Assembly (NCBI GenBank): GCA_041937175.2 | Contig: CP166615.1 | Coordinates: 2,432,001-2,496,000, forward strand | DNA length: 64,000 bases | Reading direction: 5' to 3' | Origin: Limnothrix sp. BL-A-16 | GTDB taxonomy: Bacteria; Cyanobacteriota; Cyanobacteriia; CACIAM-69d | Shown: piece after piece, positions 51,824 to 62,070 of the stretch | Layout: every line of letters starts with the position of its first letter | How positions within the stretch are numbered: the first letter of the stretch is position 1 | Made by a program: the position numbers and the translations under genes | The notes under the pieces: model-generated | Seen by the model: only the letters and a program-made list of their open reading frames with translations | What the model was told of the DNA's origin: nothing | The model's database searches: none

Positions 51824-51859
51824 TCTGGGTCTGGTGATGGCTTGGATCAATGATGAAAC

Positions 51860-52861
51860 CTAAATTCCGGCGTGACCCATGGCTAGGCCAGCCACCAACA
51901 TTCCTAACACCAAAAAGGGCTGAGCACTCGCTTGATATTTCACATCATTCTTGAGCGGATCGCGCAGGAAATACATATCCTGGAACACGATTTGCGGAAT
52001 GATCAACAGACCCAAAATCGAGGCGTACAAATTCTCATGTAGGCTAACCAAATAACCCGCAATCCCGATTTGGAAGGTGTCGATCATCGCCACACAAATC
52101 CAAGCGGCCGTGCCGATGCCAAACATCACGGGCAAGGATTTGAGACCCAAGGTGCGATCGCCCTCCACACTCTTGAAGTCATTGACGATCGCGATGCCCA
52201 AGCCTGCCAAGCTATAGATCAGCGTCACCACCGCCACCGTCGGAGTCAACGTGCCAAACAGCGCTTGGCCCGCCCACCAAGGCAAGGCGATATAGCTCGC
52301 ACCCAAGGCGTAGTTCCCGAGCCAGCCGTTTTGTTTCAGCTTCAGGGGCGGCGCGGAATAGATATAAGAAACGATCGAACCGCCGACCGCCAAGATTGTG
52401 ATGATCGGGAATTCGTGGCCCGCCCAGCGATCGAGAATGTAGGCCACACCGATGCCCCCGAACAGCAACACCAAAATTTGCGTCACCACCTGCGGAATCG
52501 AAATTGCACCGGAGGGAATCGGGCGATAGGGTTCGTTGATCGCGTCAATTTCCCGATCGTAGTAGTCGTTGATGGTTTGGGTGTAGCCCGTCAGCAACGG
52601 CCCCGACATCAACATACAAAGCGCCGATTTCAGGAAATTCTCCAGGGTCCATTCATAGTGCCCCGAGGAAGCCGCCCCACAGACCACGCCCCAAATTAGG
52701 GGGATCCAGGTGATCGGCTTCATCAATTGCAGGCGGATTTTCCAAATATTGGTTTCGCCGCTGGCAGCTCCCTTCATCCCCAGCATTTGCCGGGCTTTGG
52801 AGCCGCTGTCTTCGGCGGGGGTGGGCGTTTCGATCGCCTCGGTGTTGGGTTCGGTGGTCAT
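51860..52861 (-). CDS. chlG: Chlorophyll synthase
   Basis: IRLQLMKPITWIPLIWG, NDYYDREIDAINEPYRPIPSG, NDFKSVEGD, NDVKYQASAQPF; ATG 52861 preferred. Confidence 0.97.
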   Translation of the reverse strand: MTTEPNTEAIETPTPAEDSGSKARQMLGMKGAASGETNIWKIRLQLMKPITWIPLIWGVVCGAASSGHYEWTLENFLKSALCMLMSGPLLTGYTQTINDYYDREIDAINEPYRPIPSGAISIPQVVTQILVLLFGGIGVAYILDRWAGHEFPIITILAVGGSIVSYIYSAPPLKLKQNGWLGNYALGASYIALPWWAGQALFGTLTPTVAVVTLIYSLAGLGIAIVNDFKSVEGDRTLGLKSLPVMFGIGTAAWICVAMIDTFQIGIAGYLVSLHENLYASILGLLIIPQIVFQDMYFLRDPLKNDVKYQASAQPFLVLGMLVAGLAMGHAGI

Positions 52862-53106
52862 GGTTCGATCGATGGGTTGGATCTTGCTTGTCGTTGGGAG
52901 CCATGGTATCGCGTCTGCTCTCCCACTCAACCCGCAGTCAGCATGGAGTTCAAGAGCCAGACTGCCAATTCTTGACTATCGCAGCTACGCAGACTGCACC
53001 CAATTCCTATTAATACTAATTGCGCTAGAACAGAGGAGCGCCGGATCTGGTGTTGTAATCGGACGTAATCTTCACGCCACTTGGATTGGATGAGATCGAT
53101 CGCCCT

Positions 53107-53535
53107 ATGGCCGAACCTCCCCCAGCATCTTCTTCAGAGTCATCGCCGAATGACTCCTCTAATCCTTTGTTAACTCATCGTGAATTGCCATCCCTTGCTG
53201 ACAGCATGGCAGCGCAGACCAAGCCCAAACACCTATCCCCGACGCGATCGCCCCCGAAAGCAACAGCCTCTCCCGCTGGCATTGCCGCTCCTCCGCCAGA
53301 ACAGAAACCAACCGCTCCATGGGTCATGTTTTTGGTGCGCTTTTTAGCAGGGGCATTGTTTGGGCCACTTTTAGCCATTACCTTGGGCATCGTTGGCGGT
53401 GCAACAACCGGCAGCAGCTTGCTCACTGTCATGATTGTGTCTGGCAGCATCATCGGTTTGCTATCGGCAGTTGGCGGAAAAAGCTTTTGGATGTTCCTAT
53501 CACGTTTTTTGCGGGTCATCTTTTTCATGCGTTGA
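53107..53535 (+). CDS. Hypothetical membrane protein
   Basis: Pro/Ser-rich N-terminus followed by two hydrophobic helices. Confidence 0.55.
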   Translation: MAEPPPASSSESSPNDSSNPLLTHRELPSLADSMAAQTKPKHLSPTRSPPKATASPAGIAAPPPEQKPTAPWVMFLVRFLAGALFGPLLAITLGIVGGATTGSSLLTVMIVSGSIIGLLSAVGGKSFWMFLSRFLRVIFFMR

Positions 53536-53584
53536 TCACCCTTCGCGATCATCAGGCTGTTTCTTTCACAAAAACAACGAACAG

Positions 53585-53688
53585 GTAGGGGCGTACCGCT
53601 GTACGCCCTCCGCCAGGGTCGATCGGTTGCCATGAGGGTGCTCTCGTGAATCTCGCATATCAGAGGGCGCATCGCCATGCGCCCCTAC
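53585..53688. repeat. REPIN-like inverted pair of GTAG REPs
   Basis: GTAG-GGGCGTACCGCTGTACGCCC ... GGGCGCATCGCCATGCGCCC-CTAC. Confidence 0.7.
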
Positions 53689-54147
53689 GGGAATCGATCG
53701 GTTTTTGTCCGTCCTGCCGTCGTCTGCCCGTTGGGCGATCTGAGGAATTTCAGCCCAACAACGAGGTAATTTGGCCTAGCAAACCGTTGATGGCACTCGA
53801 TAGGCTGGGAAGAATTTGGGATATGGCCTGAAAAAAGCCAAGACGATTCATCCTCATCTCCCATACACCGCAATCCATGACGCATTCACGACAACCCCCG
53901 ATCGGTTGGGCGGCGCTCAATTCTCGGTGCATGGGAGCACAAATCAATCACTTTGTAACCATTGGGGCAGACTCCCATGCACCCTAAGGGCGTTTTGTGG
54001 GGGGTGCGAGCAGCGTCATAGCCCCATGGCCTCCAGGGTGAGATGTCGATGGTTTTGTAATCTAATTGTTGAGCAAATTTTCTTCGGCGGATTTTAAAAA
54101 TAGCCGCCTGTGCTCCTCGCCGGGGGAAAGGCTGGGTCGTTTCTGCC

Positions 54148-55545
54148 CTAGCGAGCTTGGGTGGCAGGAGCTTTCGGGGCAACATTGGGCTGAGGAGTCA
54201 TGGGTTGGTAGCGCTGGAGCGCTTGGTTCGCAAACTGGCGCAGCTGTTCAGCCTTGGCGTAGGCAGTGCTGGCCGGGTGAACGCGCTCTAGGTTGTTCTC
54301 GATCGCCTGGAGGATTCCCAGCAGTCGGGGGTTACTGGGATCGGCGGCGGCCAGGGTGCGCCAGCGGGCGATCTCTTCATCAGCTTGTTGCAAGTAGTCG
54401 ATCGACTGACGCTCCAAGGCCTCCCGCTGCTTGGCAATGGCCAGATTTTGCGCATATTCCGCCCGGAGCCGCTGGGCTTCTGCAAATTGCGGATCGTCAT
54501 CCTTAATTTGGTTCAACAGGGCCAAGGCCTCTTGCCACAGGTTTTGCACTACCCGCCACTGTTCCACCGGATGAGGGGGTTTTTGAGCGGCCAAGGCCGC
54601 CCGAAATCCATATTCCTTGGCCCCCGTGATCAGGCTGCCCACTTGTTGCCGCCCCACCGCCCGACCGGTGACCGATTGAAAATCCCGATCGATCCCAACC
54701 AATTTGGCGCGTGCTTGCCGCCCGGCCAAGGTTTCCTGGGGCACTTCCCGCAGGCGATCGATTCCCGATTGCCAATCACCGAGAGCCGCGTTTTGGGCGC
54801 TGCCGTCCTTGGCGCTTTGGTGCTGTTGGCGGGCTGTTTCCACCGTTGCCAAGGCCTGACTCAACAAGGCTTGGGCATTGCGCTCCTGAAACACCTGTGC
54901 TTCCAACCGGGCCACGGTTTTGCGGGCGGCGGCAAATTCATCCAACGAGAATCGCCACCGGCATGAAACCAGGCTGCAATAAACCTTAGGCCGAGACCCC
55001 AAAAACCAAACGGGCAGGCGATCGAGCGCCGCTTGGGCCGCTTGGGTCTTGGTGGCTCCCAGTTCAATATCGGCCGCACTGGTGGCATTGTCGAGCAATT
55101 GTTTGGCCTGGGCCGTGGCGGCGGTGGCGGCTCGATAATCTTGATCCATCATCCAAAAGCTGGGCAACAACAGCAATGGCGCGTTGTCTGCCACCACATT
55201 CCGAATTGGCGGCAATGGCAGGTTGGCCAGGGCAATCCCCCCCGTCGCCACCACCAGTCCCGCCAAACCACAGCCCCAAGATCCCCAACCCCAAAATCCC
55301 CAGCCCGTCTTAGGCTGGTTAAGGCGAGCGGCGGACTTGAGCAAGCCCAGATCAAAATCCGGGAAAGCATCACTCACAATCGCCCGTAGATCTTCAAAGC
55401 CGGCCGGCTCGCCAGACTGTAACCGCAACTTTTCTAACCGCTGCCACAGCACTTCCTTGGGAATCCGGGCGGCGGGTTGCTGTTGATAGCGGGCGCGAAT
55501 GGCTCCCTTCAGGAGTTGGTAAGCACGATCATTGAGGCGAGACAT
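54148..55545 (-). CDS. Conserved hypothetical helical membrane-anchored protein
   Basis: 465 aa ORF, one TM, NLP.P.IR..VA..AP.LLLPSF segment, helical C-terminal repeats. Confidence 0.8.
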   Translation of the reverse strand: MSRLNDRAYQLLKGAIRARYQQQPAARIPKEVLWQRLEKLRLQSGEPAGFEDLRAIVSDAFPDFDLGLLKSAARLNQPKTGWGFWGWGSWGCGLAGLVVATGGIALANLPLPPIRNVVADNAPLLLLPSFWMMDQDYRAATAATAQAKQLLDNATSAADIELGATKTQAAQAALDRLPVWFLGSRPKVYCSLVSCRWRFSLDEFAAARKTVARLEAQVFQERNAQALLSQALATVETARQQHQSAKDGSAQNAALGDWQSGIDRLREVPQETLAGRQARAKLVGIDRDFQSVTGRAVGRQQVGSLITGAKEYGFRAALAAQKPPHPVEQWRVVQNLWQEALALLNQIKDDDPQFAEAQRLRAEYAQNLAIAKQREALERQSIDYLQQADEEIARWRTLAAADPSNPRLLGILQAIENNLERVHPASTAYAKAEQLRQFANQALQRYQPMTPQPNVAPKAPATQAR

Positions 55546-56488
55546 GATCCACGGGGTAGAAAGGGCCGATCGCGAGCAATGGTTGAACCCGATCGCGCTG
55601 TTAATCGCGGGCGTACTTTGGGGAAGTACCTATGTTGTTGTCAAGTCTAGTTTAGAGGCCGTTGCTCCAAGCATTTTGATGTTGGTGCGGTTTGGGATTG
55701 CCACGATTGCGTTGCTCCCGATCACCCTTTGGAGCGGTTTACCGAAAAATTCGGCCGCTTGGGCAGTCACTGGGCGTGGCGGCTTGGAATTAGGCTTCTG
55801 GATGGCCTTGGGCTATGTGGCTCACACGATCGCGCTGCAATACACCACGGCGGGGCGGAGCGCGTTTATCACCGCCCTCTATGTGGTGTTGGTTCCGTTG
55901 CTGACGGGCGTTGCGGGCCAGCGGCTGTTCCCTAAGGTTTGGTGGGCCGCAGCGATCGCGGCCTTGGGGGTGGCGTTGCTGTCCTACGATGGCGCGCCGC
56001 CCAACCTTGGGGATTTGTGGAGTGTGGGCACGGCCATCACTTGGTCTTTTTATATTTGGCGGATGGAGGCCTACGCAGCTCGGGCCCAAGTGTTGTGGCT
56101 GTCGTTGATTCAGTTGGGGATCACGACGCTGGCGGCGGCCCTGTGGGTGTGGGGGTCTTCGTTGGCGATTTCATCTGCCATTTGGAACCCCCAGACCATT
56201 CCTTGGCTAGATTTGGTCTATTTGGGAACCTTTGCCACGGCGGGCACGGCCTGGTTGCAGGCGATCGGCCAGCGATCGGTGGCGGCTCCGGTGGCGGCGA
56301 TTTTGTATACCTTGGAGCCGGTTTGGGCGGCCCTGATGGCGGCGGCTTGGTTGGGGGAACAGTTGGGCGATCGGGGCCTGGTGGGAGCGGCTCTGGTGCT
56401 GGGAGCTTGTTTGTTGTGCCAGCTTCCGGTGCGATCGCTGGGGCGGCAACTGGGCCGGGCGATCGTCTCAGTTTGGCATCGACCCTAA
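55544..56488 (+). CDS. EamA/DMT-family transporter (start uncertain)
   Basis: About 10 TM helices, WGS.Y..VK, RF.IA, LQYTTAGRSAFIT, TLEPVWAA, GE.L. Confidence 0.9.
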   Translation: MIHGVERADREQWLNPIALLIAGVLWGSTYVVVKSSLEAVAPSILMLVRFGIATIALLPITLWSGLPKNSAAWAVTGRGGLELGFWMALGYVAHTIALQYTTAGRSAFITALYVVLVPLLTGVAGQRLFPKVWWAAAIAALGVALLSYDGAPPNLGDLWSVGTAITWSFYIWRMEAYAARAQVLWLSLIQLGITTLAAALWVWGSSLAISSAIWNPQTIPWLDLVYLGTFATAGTAWLQAIGQRSVAAPVAAILYTLEPVWAALMAAAWLGEQLGDRGLVGAALVLGACLLCQLPVRSLGRQLGRAIVSVWHRP

Positions 56489-56518
56489 CTGTTGATTAAC
56501 CCCTTGTCCGAAACGAGC

Positions 56519-56563
56519 AAAAAACAGAGCGGGGACATAGGCTCACCTCCCTTGTCCCCGCTC
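56519..56563 (-). terminator. Intrinsic terminator after rpsU
   Basis: 11 bp stem GAGCGGGGACA/TGTCCCCGCTC, then TGTTTTTT on the minus strand. Confidence 0.7.
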
Positions 56564-56589
56564 AATACGGTGCAATTGCTCAAAAAACT

Positions 56590-56769
56590 TTACCGATAAC
56601 GGCGCTTCCGGCGGGCAGCAGCGGCCTTACGCTTGCGCTTTTCGATCGGGGTTTCATAGTACCGGCGATATTTCACGTCCGCCAAGATACCGGCTTTCGA
56701 GACTTGGCGCTTGAAACGGCGTAGCGCGGATTCGATTCCTTCGTTTTCACCCAAAACCACTTGGGTCAT
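56590..56769 (-). CDS. rpsU: 30S ribosomal protein S21 (59 aa, not in ORF track)
   Basis: Manual translation [65 protein letters not shown] upstream. Confidence 0.97.
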   Translation of the reverse strand: MTQVVLGENEGIESALRRFKRQVSKAGILADVKYRRYYETPIEKRKRKAAAARRKRRYR

Positions 56770-56954
56770 GCGGTTTCACTCCTTGCGATAGGTGGACAAA
56801 ATACGGCGCACAGGCCCAAAGGCATGACGCTGACTCTTTTGGGGCGAATTGGACGCTGGCAAAAGAGGGCGATCGCTAAGAAAATCGCCAAATATCTATC
56901 GTACCAAATGGAACCACTTTGGGCGGAATCGTTTGCGGGAGTTGTGGCCGGGTG

Positions 56955-57443
56955 CTAACCGCCAAGCCACTGACCCAGGGGCGATCGGCTCCAGGCCAGG
57001 GCTGCCGCGCCGCTGCTCCACAGGCCATAGAGTCGGGCGCTGTACCAAACCAGCCCGAGAATCAGCAGCCCGCGCCCGATCGCCCGCCGAAGCGATCGCC
57101 CGATCGGCCAGACCAGTCGCCGTCGTGCCCGTAGTTCCACAGTCCATTGCAATCCCAGACCCAGTAAGACCCCAAACAACAGAGGGCCGAAGGGATGGTA
57201 GCCGATCGCCCCCGGCCAGTCCCCCCGGGCGATCGCCACGAACGATCGGGTCAAGCCGCAGCCGGGACAGGGCAACCCCGTCAACCAGTGAAAGGGACAG
57301 ACCAGCGGCGAAGTTTGGTGACTGCGGGCCAGCCAGTGGGCCGCAACGATCGGGGAGGCCACCAGCGACAGGCCGATCAACCGATGCTGGCGATCGGCGG
57401 GGGCGAGGGGACGGTGAACCAACAGCGGTCGTTGCATCATCAA
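56955..57443 (-). CDS. DUF2752 membrane protein
   Basis: CPF..LTGLPCPGCGLTRSF. Confidence 0.88.
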   Translation of the reverse strand: MMMQRPLLVHRPLAPADRQHRLIGLSLVASPIVAAHWLARSHQTSPLVCPFHWLTGLPCPGCGLTRSFVAIARGDWPGAIGYHPFGPLLFGVLLGLGLQWTVELRARRRLVWPIGRSLRRAIGRGLLILGLVWYSARLYGLWSSGAAALAWSRSPLGQWLGG

Positions 57444-57644
57444 GCGAGGTTAATCAACAATCGGGTTTTCAGGAATTGGGTTCTCAGGAATTGGGTCGAT
57501 CGCGATCGCCTGTGGGCGCGGCTGGTGGAAAGAGTCCATGGCCAGCATCAACCCAACCAATCAGCCCAAGGTTTAGCAGCGGCTGATCCGGTGCGACGAT
57601 ATTAGGCGATAGCTTTCAGAGATCTTGAGCATAAGGGTAGGGTC

Positions 57645-59012
57645 ATGGGCAACGGCTTAGGAACGATCGCGCCATTTTCTTTGCAGGAAGTGGCCCACAT
57701 CACGGGAGCAACGATCCAGCACTTACCCGATCGCGCCTTGGCCCAGCCGATCGCCCAAATCAGCACCGATAGCCGTGCGATCGGCTCAGGGGAGCTGTTT
57801 GTGGCCCTGCGGGGGGCAAATTTTGACGGTCGGGCCTTTGTGCCGGGGGCGATCGCGGCGGGGGCCGTGGCGGCGATCGTTGAGGAGCCGATCGCGGAGC
57901 CGTTGCCCCAACTGATTGTGCCCAATGCGCTGGCGGCCTATCAGGCCCTGGGACGGGCCTGGCGCGATCGGGCAGCCATCCCCGTCGTGGGCGTGACCGG
58001 TTCGGCGGGCAAAACCACCACCAAGGAGCTGATCGCCGCCGTCCTGGGCACAGCGGGTCTAGTTCACAAAACCCACGCCAACTTCAACAACGAAATTGGT
58101 GTGCCCAAAACCCTTTTGCAAATCACCGGAGCGCATGATTTCGCCGTGGTGGAGTTGGCCATGCGCGGTCGGGGACAAATTGCCGAGCTAACCCAAATCA
58201 CTCGCCCAACTGTGGGGCTGATCACCAACGTGGGCACGGCCCACATTGGGTTGCTGGGGTCGGAACAGGCGATCGCGGAGGCCAAGTGCGAACTGCTGAC
58301 GGAAATGCCGATCGACAGTGTGGCGGTGTTGAATGCCGACTGTGCCCGGCTGATGGAGACAGCCAGCCGCCTCTGGCCGGGGGAAGTGATTGACTACGGC
58401 TTTGCCAACGGAACCTTTCGCGGTGAATTGCTGGATGCCCAAACCTTGCGCGTGGAAGGCAAAACCTTTCCCTTGCCGCTACCCGGTCGCCACAATGCCC
58501 TCAATTTTCTGGGTGCTTTGGCCGTGGCCAAAGTGTTGGGAGTGGATTGGGAGCCGATCGCGGCGGGCTTGACGGTGGAATTACCCGATGGGCGGGCCCG
58601 TCGCCACGATTTACCCAATGGGGTGACCCTGTTGGATGAAACCTACAACGCTGGTTTGGAATCGATGACAGCGGCTCTGTACCTGTTGGCGGAAACACCG
58701 GGGCAGCGGCGGTTAGCGGTTTTGGGAACCATGAAGGAATTGGGCGATCGCGCTCCCGAGTTCCATCAACAGGTGGGCGAGTTGGCCCGAGATTTACGCC
58801 TAGAGGGCCTGTTGATTTTGGCCGATGACCCCACGGCCTTGCATATCGCGGCGGGGGCCGAGGGCATTCCCTGCGAAACCTTCACCACCCATGAGGCGCT
58901 GATCGATCGCCTGCAAGGGGAGTTGCGATCGGGGGATGTGTGGCTCCTGAAGGCTTCCCGATCAGTTGGCCTCGATCGCGTGGTGCGGGCCCTGTTGACT
59001 CCGAATCGCTAA
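57645..59012 (+). CDS. murF: UDP-MurNAc-tripeptide D-Ala-D-Ala ligase
   Basis: TDSR, TGSAGKTTTKE, NFNNEIGVP, DETYNA, G.M.ELG, LKASR. Confidence 0.95.
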   Translation: MGNGLGTIAPFSLQEVAHITGATIQHLPDRALAQPIAQISTDSRAIGSGELFVALRGANFDGRAFVPGAIAAGAVAAIVEEPIAEPLPQLIVPNALAAYQALGRAWRDRAAIPVVGVTGSAGKTTTKELIAAVLGTAGLVHKTHANFNNEIGVPKTLLQITGAHDFAVVELAMRGRGQIAELTQITRPTVGLITNVGTAHIGLLGSEQAIAEAKCELLTEMPIDSVAVLNADCARLMETASRLWPGEVIDYGFANGTFRGELLDAQTLRVEGKTFPLPLPGRHNALNFLGALAVAKVLGVDWEPIAAGLTVELPDGRARRHDLPNGVTLLDETYNAGLESMTAALYLLAETPGQRRLAVLGTMKELGDRAPEFHQQVGELARDLRLEGLLILADDPTALHIAAGAEGIPCETFTTHEALIDRLQGELRSGDVWLLKASRSVGLDRVVRALLTPNR

Positions 59013-59054
59013 ACCAACTGGGCCAAGGGCTAATTAACAGCTAAATTTCCAAGC

Positions 59055-59741
59055 TCAGGGCTTCGGGGGTTCCAAGCGCAGATCCAGGGCGATCGCCCCT
59101 CGCTGGCTCACCCCCGCCGCACGCGCTTCTAACCAGTTGGCACAAAGACCATAGGCATTGGTAAAGTCAGCCCCTGCTAAATTAGCCCCCTGGCCGTTCA
59201 CCTCTTCCAAATTGGCTCCGGTTAAGCTGGCTCCGGCCAAATCGGCCTGGCTTAAATCCGCCCCCTGCAATTGGGCTTGGCTGAGGTTGGCTCCCCGCAA
59301 GTCGGCTCCTCGCAAATCCGCGCCCCGCAGATTGGCTCCGGCGAGGTTAGCCCCGCTCAGAACTGCCCCGATCGCCATGGCCCGAGTCAGGTTCGCCCCC
59401 ATCAGGATGGCTCCCCGAAAATTAGCCCCCCGCAGATCCGCTTCCGCAAAATCCGCCTGGGTTAAATTAGCCCCCACCCAAATTCCCCGGGCGATCGCCC
59501 CAGTGGCTTGCAGTCCCACCCCATTCACACCCGAGAGCACCGCCCGGTTTAAGCAAGCGTGGCGCAGGTCTGCTCCGGTCAAAATGGCTCCCACCAACCG
59601 ACTTTGGCTCAGATCCGCCCTGGATAGCTGGGCCTCTTCCAAGTCCGCACCCGTCAGATCCCGATCGGCTAACTGCAAAAGCTGACCATCGCGAATGGCA
59701 TCCAAATCAAGCGGGAAAAGACTAGTCATAGCACCGGTCAA
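59055..59741 (-). CDS. Pentapeptide-repeat protein
   Basis: Continuous A(D/N)L.G repeats. Confidence 0.9.
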   Translation of the reverse strand: MTGAMTSLFPLDLDAIRDGQLLQLADRDLTGADLEEAQLSRADLSQSRLVGAILTGADLRHACLNRAVLSGVNGVGLQATGAIARGIWVGANLTQADFAEADLRGANFRGAILMGANLTRAMAIGAVLSGANLAGANLRGADLRGADLRGANLSQAQLQGADLSQADLAGASLTGANLEEVNGQGANLAGADFTNAYGLCANWLEARAAGVSQRGAIALDLRLEPPKP

Positions 59742-59775
59742 CCTGAAAGTGATGGAGTTGAGCAGGGAGCATCAT

Positions 59776-61098
59776 TTAGGCGATCGCCCCCTCGTCCAAT
59801 AGCCAGAGGCCCGAGGAAGCTCGCAGCGACATCTGTGGCAATTCCCAGCCCTGTTGCAATCCCTGAGCCAATAGGGTCAAAGCTTCCAGCAGCTTTGGAT
59901 CCCAGCGCCCTGACTGATCGCGGTAGTGCTGCAAAATTTCGTCCGGCTGCTCACCGCGCGATCGACGGTGCTGGAAGTCGGCACAAAGGGCCACCACTCG
60001 CGACTCCAGCGGAATGGCATCCCCCGCCAAACCCGAAGGCTGTCCGGAACCGTCCCAATGCTCCGTCAGATGGTTCAAGATGTGGGCGATCGGGCGCAAG
60101 CGCGGCATCACTCGCAACACCTGCACCGCACTGAGATCGCAACAATCGGCGGATGGGTCAGCCAGCCCTTCACGCCAAACGGTGGGCCAACGGCCCAAGC
60201 GATGGAGCGCGGCGGCCAACCGCATTCGTTTGAGTTGGGCCGCTGGCAAATCCAGCAGTTGCCCGATCGCCTCCGTCAGCGCCGCCACCGCCGCCGCCGA
60301 TCCGGAACTTTGCCCATCGGACAACTCCAACAGTTCCGCTAATCGCAAAAATGCCTGTAATTCATTGGAAACCAGGTTTTGATCCAGCGGGGCCCCCACT
60401 GCAAAGCCCAATTGCCCCGGTTGCAATTCCGGGTGGCGATGTTGATGGGTGGCTTGCAAGTAGTTCACCACCTGCTGGGTGATGGTTAACCAGTCTTCTC
60501 CTGGGGCCGTGGCCTGCGCTTGGGCCACCGCTGCCAATTGCCGCTGGAGCTGTTCTGCCAGGGCTGGTTGATAGCGAGCCACCCGTTCCACCAGCAAGGC
60601 CGCACCGCGATCGACCCACTGGGGCACAAAAGTCCACAAACCATAGAACTTGCGCTCTAAGTCCGATTGGGGCGGCCCTTCGGGGCCATAGTCCGCCGCC
60701 GTCAATTCCTGACAAAGCACCATGGCACAGTAGGACGGCGACACGATGGTTAAGTGCCATTCTTGGGCGACCGGATCCGTGGGACTGAGGGGCACGATCG
60801 CCACGTTTGATCGCTGGCTGGTGGAATGCTCCGTAAACCCCGCATCCGGCGCAGCTAGAATCACAATTTGGCGCGATCGATCCGCCAACTGCCCATAGCG
60901 ATCGGCCTCTTGCAAATACCACTTACCCAGTTGAAATGCCGCCAGCACCACCGGCCGGCCCTGGGATTGGGCGATCGCATCTTCCAAGGCATGGCACAGG
61001 GCCACGAGCGTATTTTTGTAATAAACCCCCAAGTGGAGCGTTGCCCCTTCCACTCGGGCCAAATCCGTTAATTGCTTCAGAATCGATTCAGGTAACAC
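59776..61098 (-). CDS. DICT sensory domain protein with degenerate HD-GYP domain
   Basis: YYKNTLVALCHALED, QEWHL, RKFYG.WTF; C-terminal E.WDGSG.P.GL.G..IPL.SR. Confidence 0.85.
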   Translation of the reverse strand: MLPESILKQLTDLARVEGATLHLGVYYKNTLVALCHALEDAIAQSQGRPVVLAAFQLGKWYLQEADRYGQLADRSRQIVILAAPDAGFTEHSTSQRSNVAIVPLSPTDPVAQEWHLTIVSPSYCAMVLCQELTAADYGPEGPPQSDLERKFYGLWTFVPQWVDRGAALLVERVARYQPALAEQLQRQLAAVAQAQATAPGEDWLTITQQVVNYLQATHQHRHPELQPGQLGFAVGAPLDQNLVSNELQAFLRLAELLELSDGQSSGSAAAVAALTEAIGQLLDLPAAQLKRMRLAAALHRLGRWPTVWREGLADPSADCCDLSAVQVLRVMPRLRPIAHILNHLTEHWDGSGQPSGLAGDAIPLESRVVALCADFQHRRSRGEQPDEILQHYRDQSGRWDPKLLEALTLLAQGLQQGWELPQMSLRASSGLWLLDEGAIA

Positions 61099-61398
61099 AA
61101 GCGATTAACTACAAGCGAGGGATGAGGGCGATCGAAATTGGGACGATCGGGCAATGGCGGCATTACCAGCCCAACAGTCCTTCATTCTCGCCTATTTCCA
61201 GGCCCCGGCTTGCGGCCAACCGCAAAGAACCATCATCAGCCCATTGCCATCTTGACCTCATCATCATCAGCATTTTCGCCCAACGGCAGCGATCTCCGCG
61301 TTCGATCGCCCGCCAGACTTTTGCAACTTTTTTAAAGATTTGATGAAGACGGTAGCCAAAAACTTGTCGAATCCCCTGCTCCTAGGGAATAATCAGGA

Positions 61399-61741
61399 CA
61401 GCAACTCAGGCGAGAGAACAGAGATGCTGACGCTCTCTTGAGTTTGTTTTCGCTCTTACTCTCGTCTTGAATGGCTGACGAGCAACCGAAAGTTGCGTTC
61501 GCAGTCCTAGCTCAGACTTACCTAAAACCTTAACCGTTAAGGCAGGTCAGCGCAGGGATTTACCAAGTAAGGCTTGATGGGTTACGGGGGTAGCTCACTG
61601 GCCGGTGGTTCCGCAAAGGCCCGATTTGACAAAGATTTCGATAAAAAAATCGGAATCGCGAGGGGGGAAGGCGACTCCGAATTCGTCTACGTCTTTTGGG
61701 AGGAAAACTTGAGGGCTACTTGAACGTGGCCCTTTGGCTTT
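61399..61741 (+). ncRNA. Candidate structured ncRNA, about 340 nt
   Basis: TTGTCG-18-AATAAT upstream; several hairpins; terminal stem AGGGCTAC/GTGGCCCT then T-rich tail; no ORF of 60 aa or more. Confidence 0.5.
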
Positions 61742-62070
61742 CGCTCTAGTTGGATATTAGCATTTCACGCAGCAAAAGTTTAGTCTTCTTGTAGAATTTT
61801 TACCAATTCTGGATGAGGTACGGGCTAAACAGCCTCCCAATCACCGAAATTGGGGCTTTACAGCCTGAAAATTGGAGCCGCCAGCCAGGAAGCGCGATCC
61901 GGCTCGGTGATCCGGAGCAGAGCGTTGAAACAAGTCCTTGGACGCAAATCGGAGATGGTGCGGGGGTGTGATAAGACACACCCAGCCCCTTACCCCCACG
62001 ATGGTTGGTAATTGGCGAGTGTCTCAGGATGCTTTTGGGTATCTCCTCAGCTCAGCATTGGCGATTCAGC

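Noticed and set aside
61586..61630. tRNA gene (GGGGGTAGCTCA)
   Set aside because: No correctly spaced T-arm GTTCRA, anticodon arm or acceptor stem
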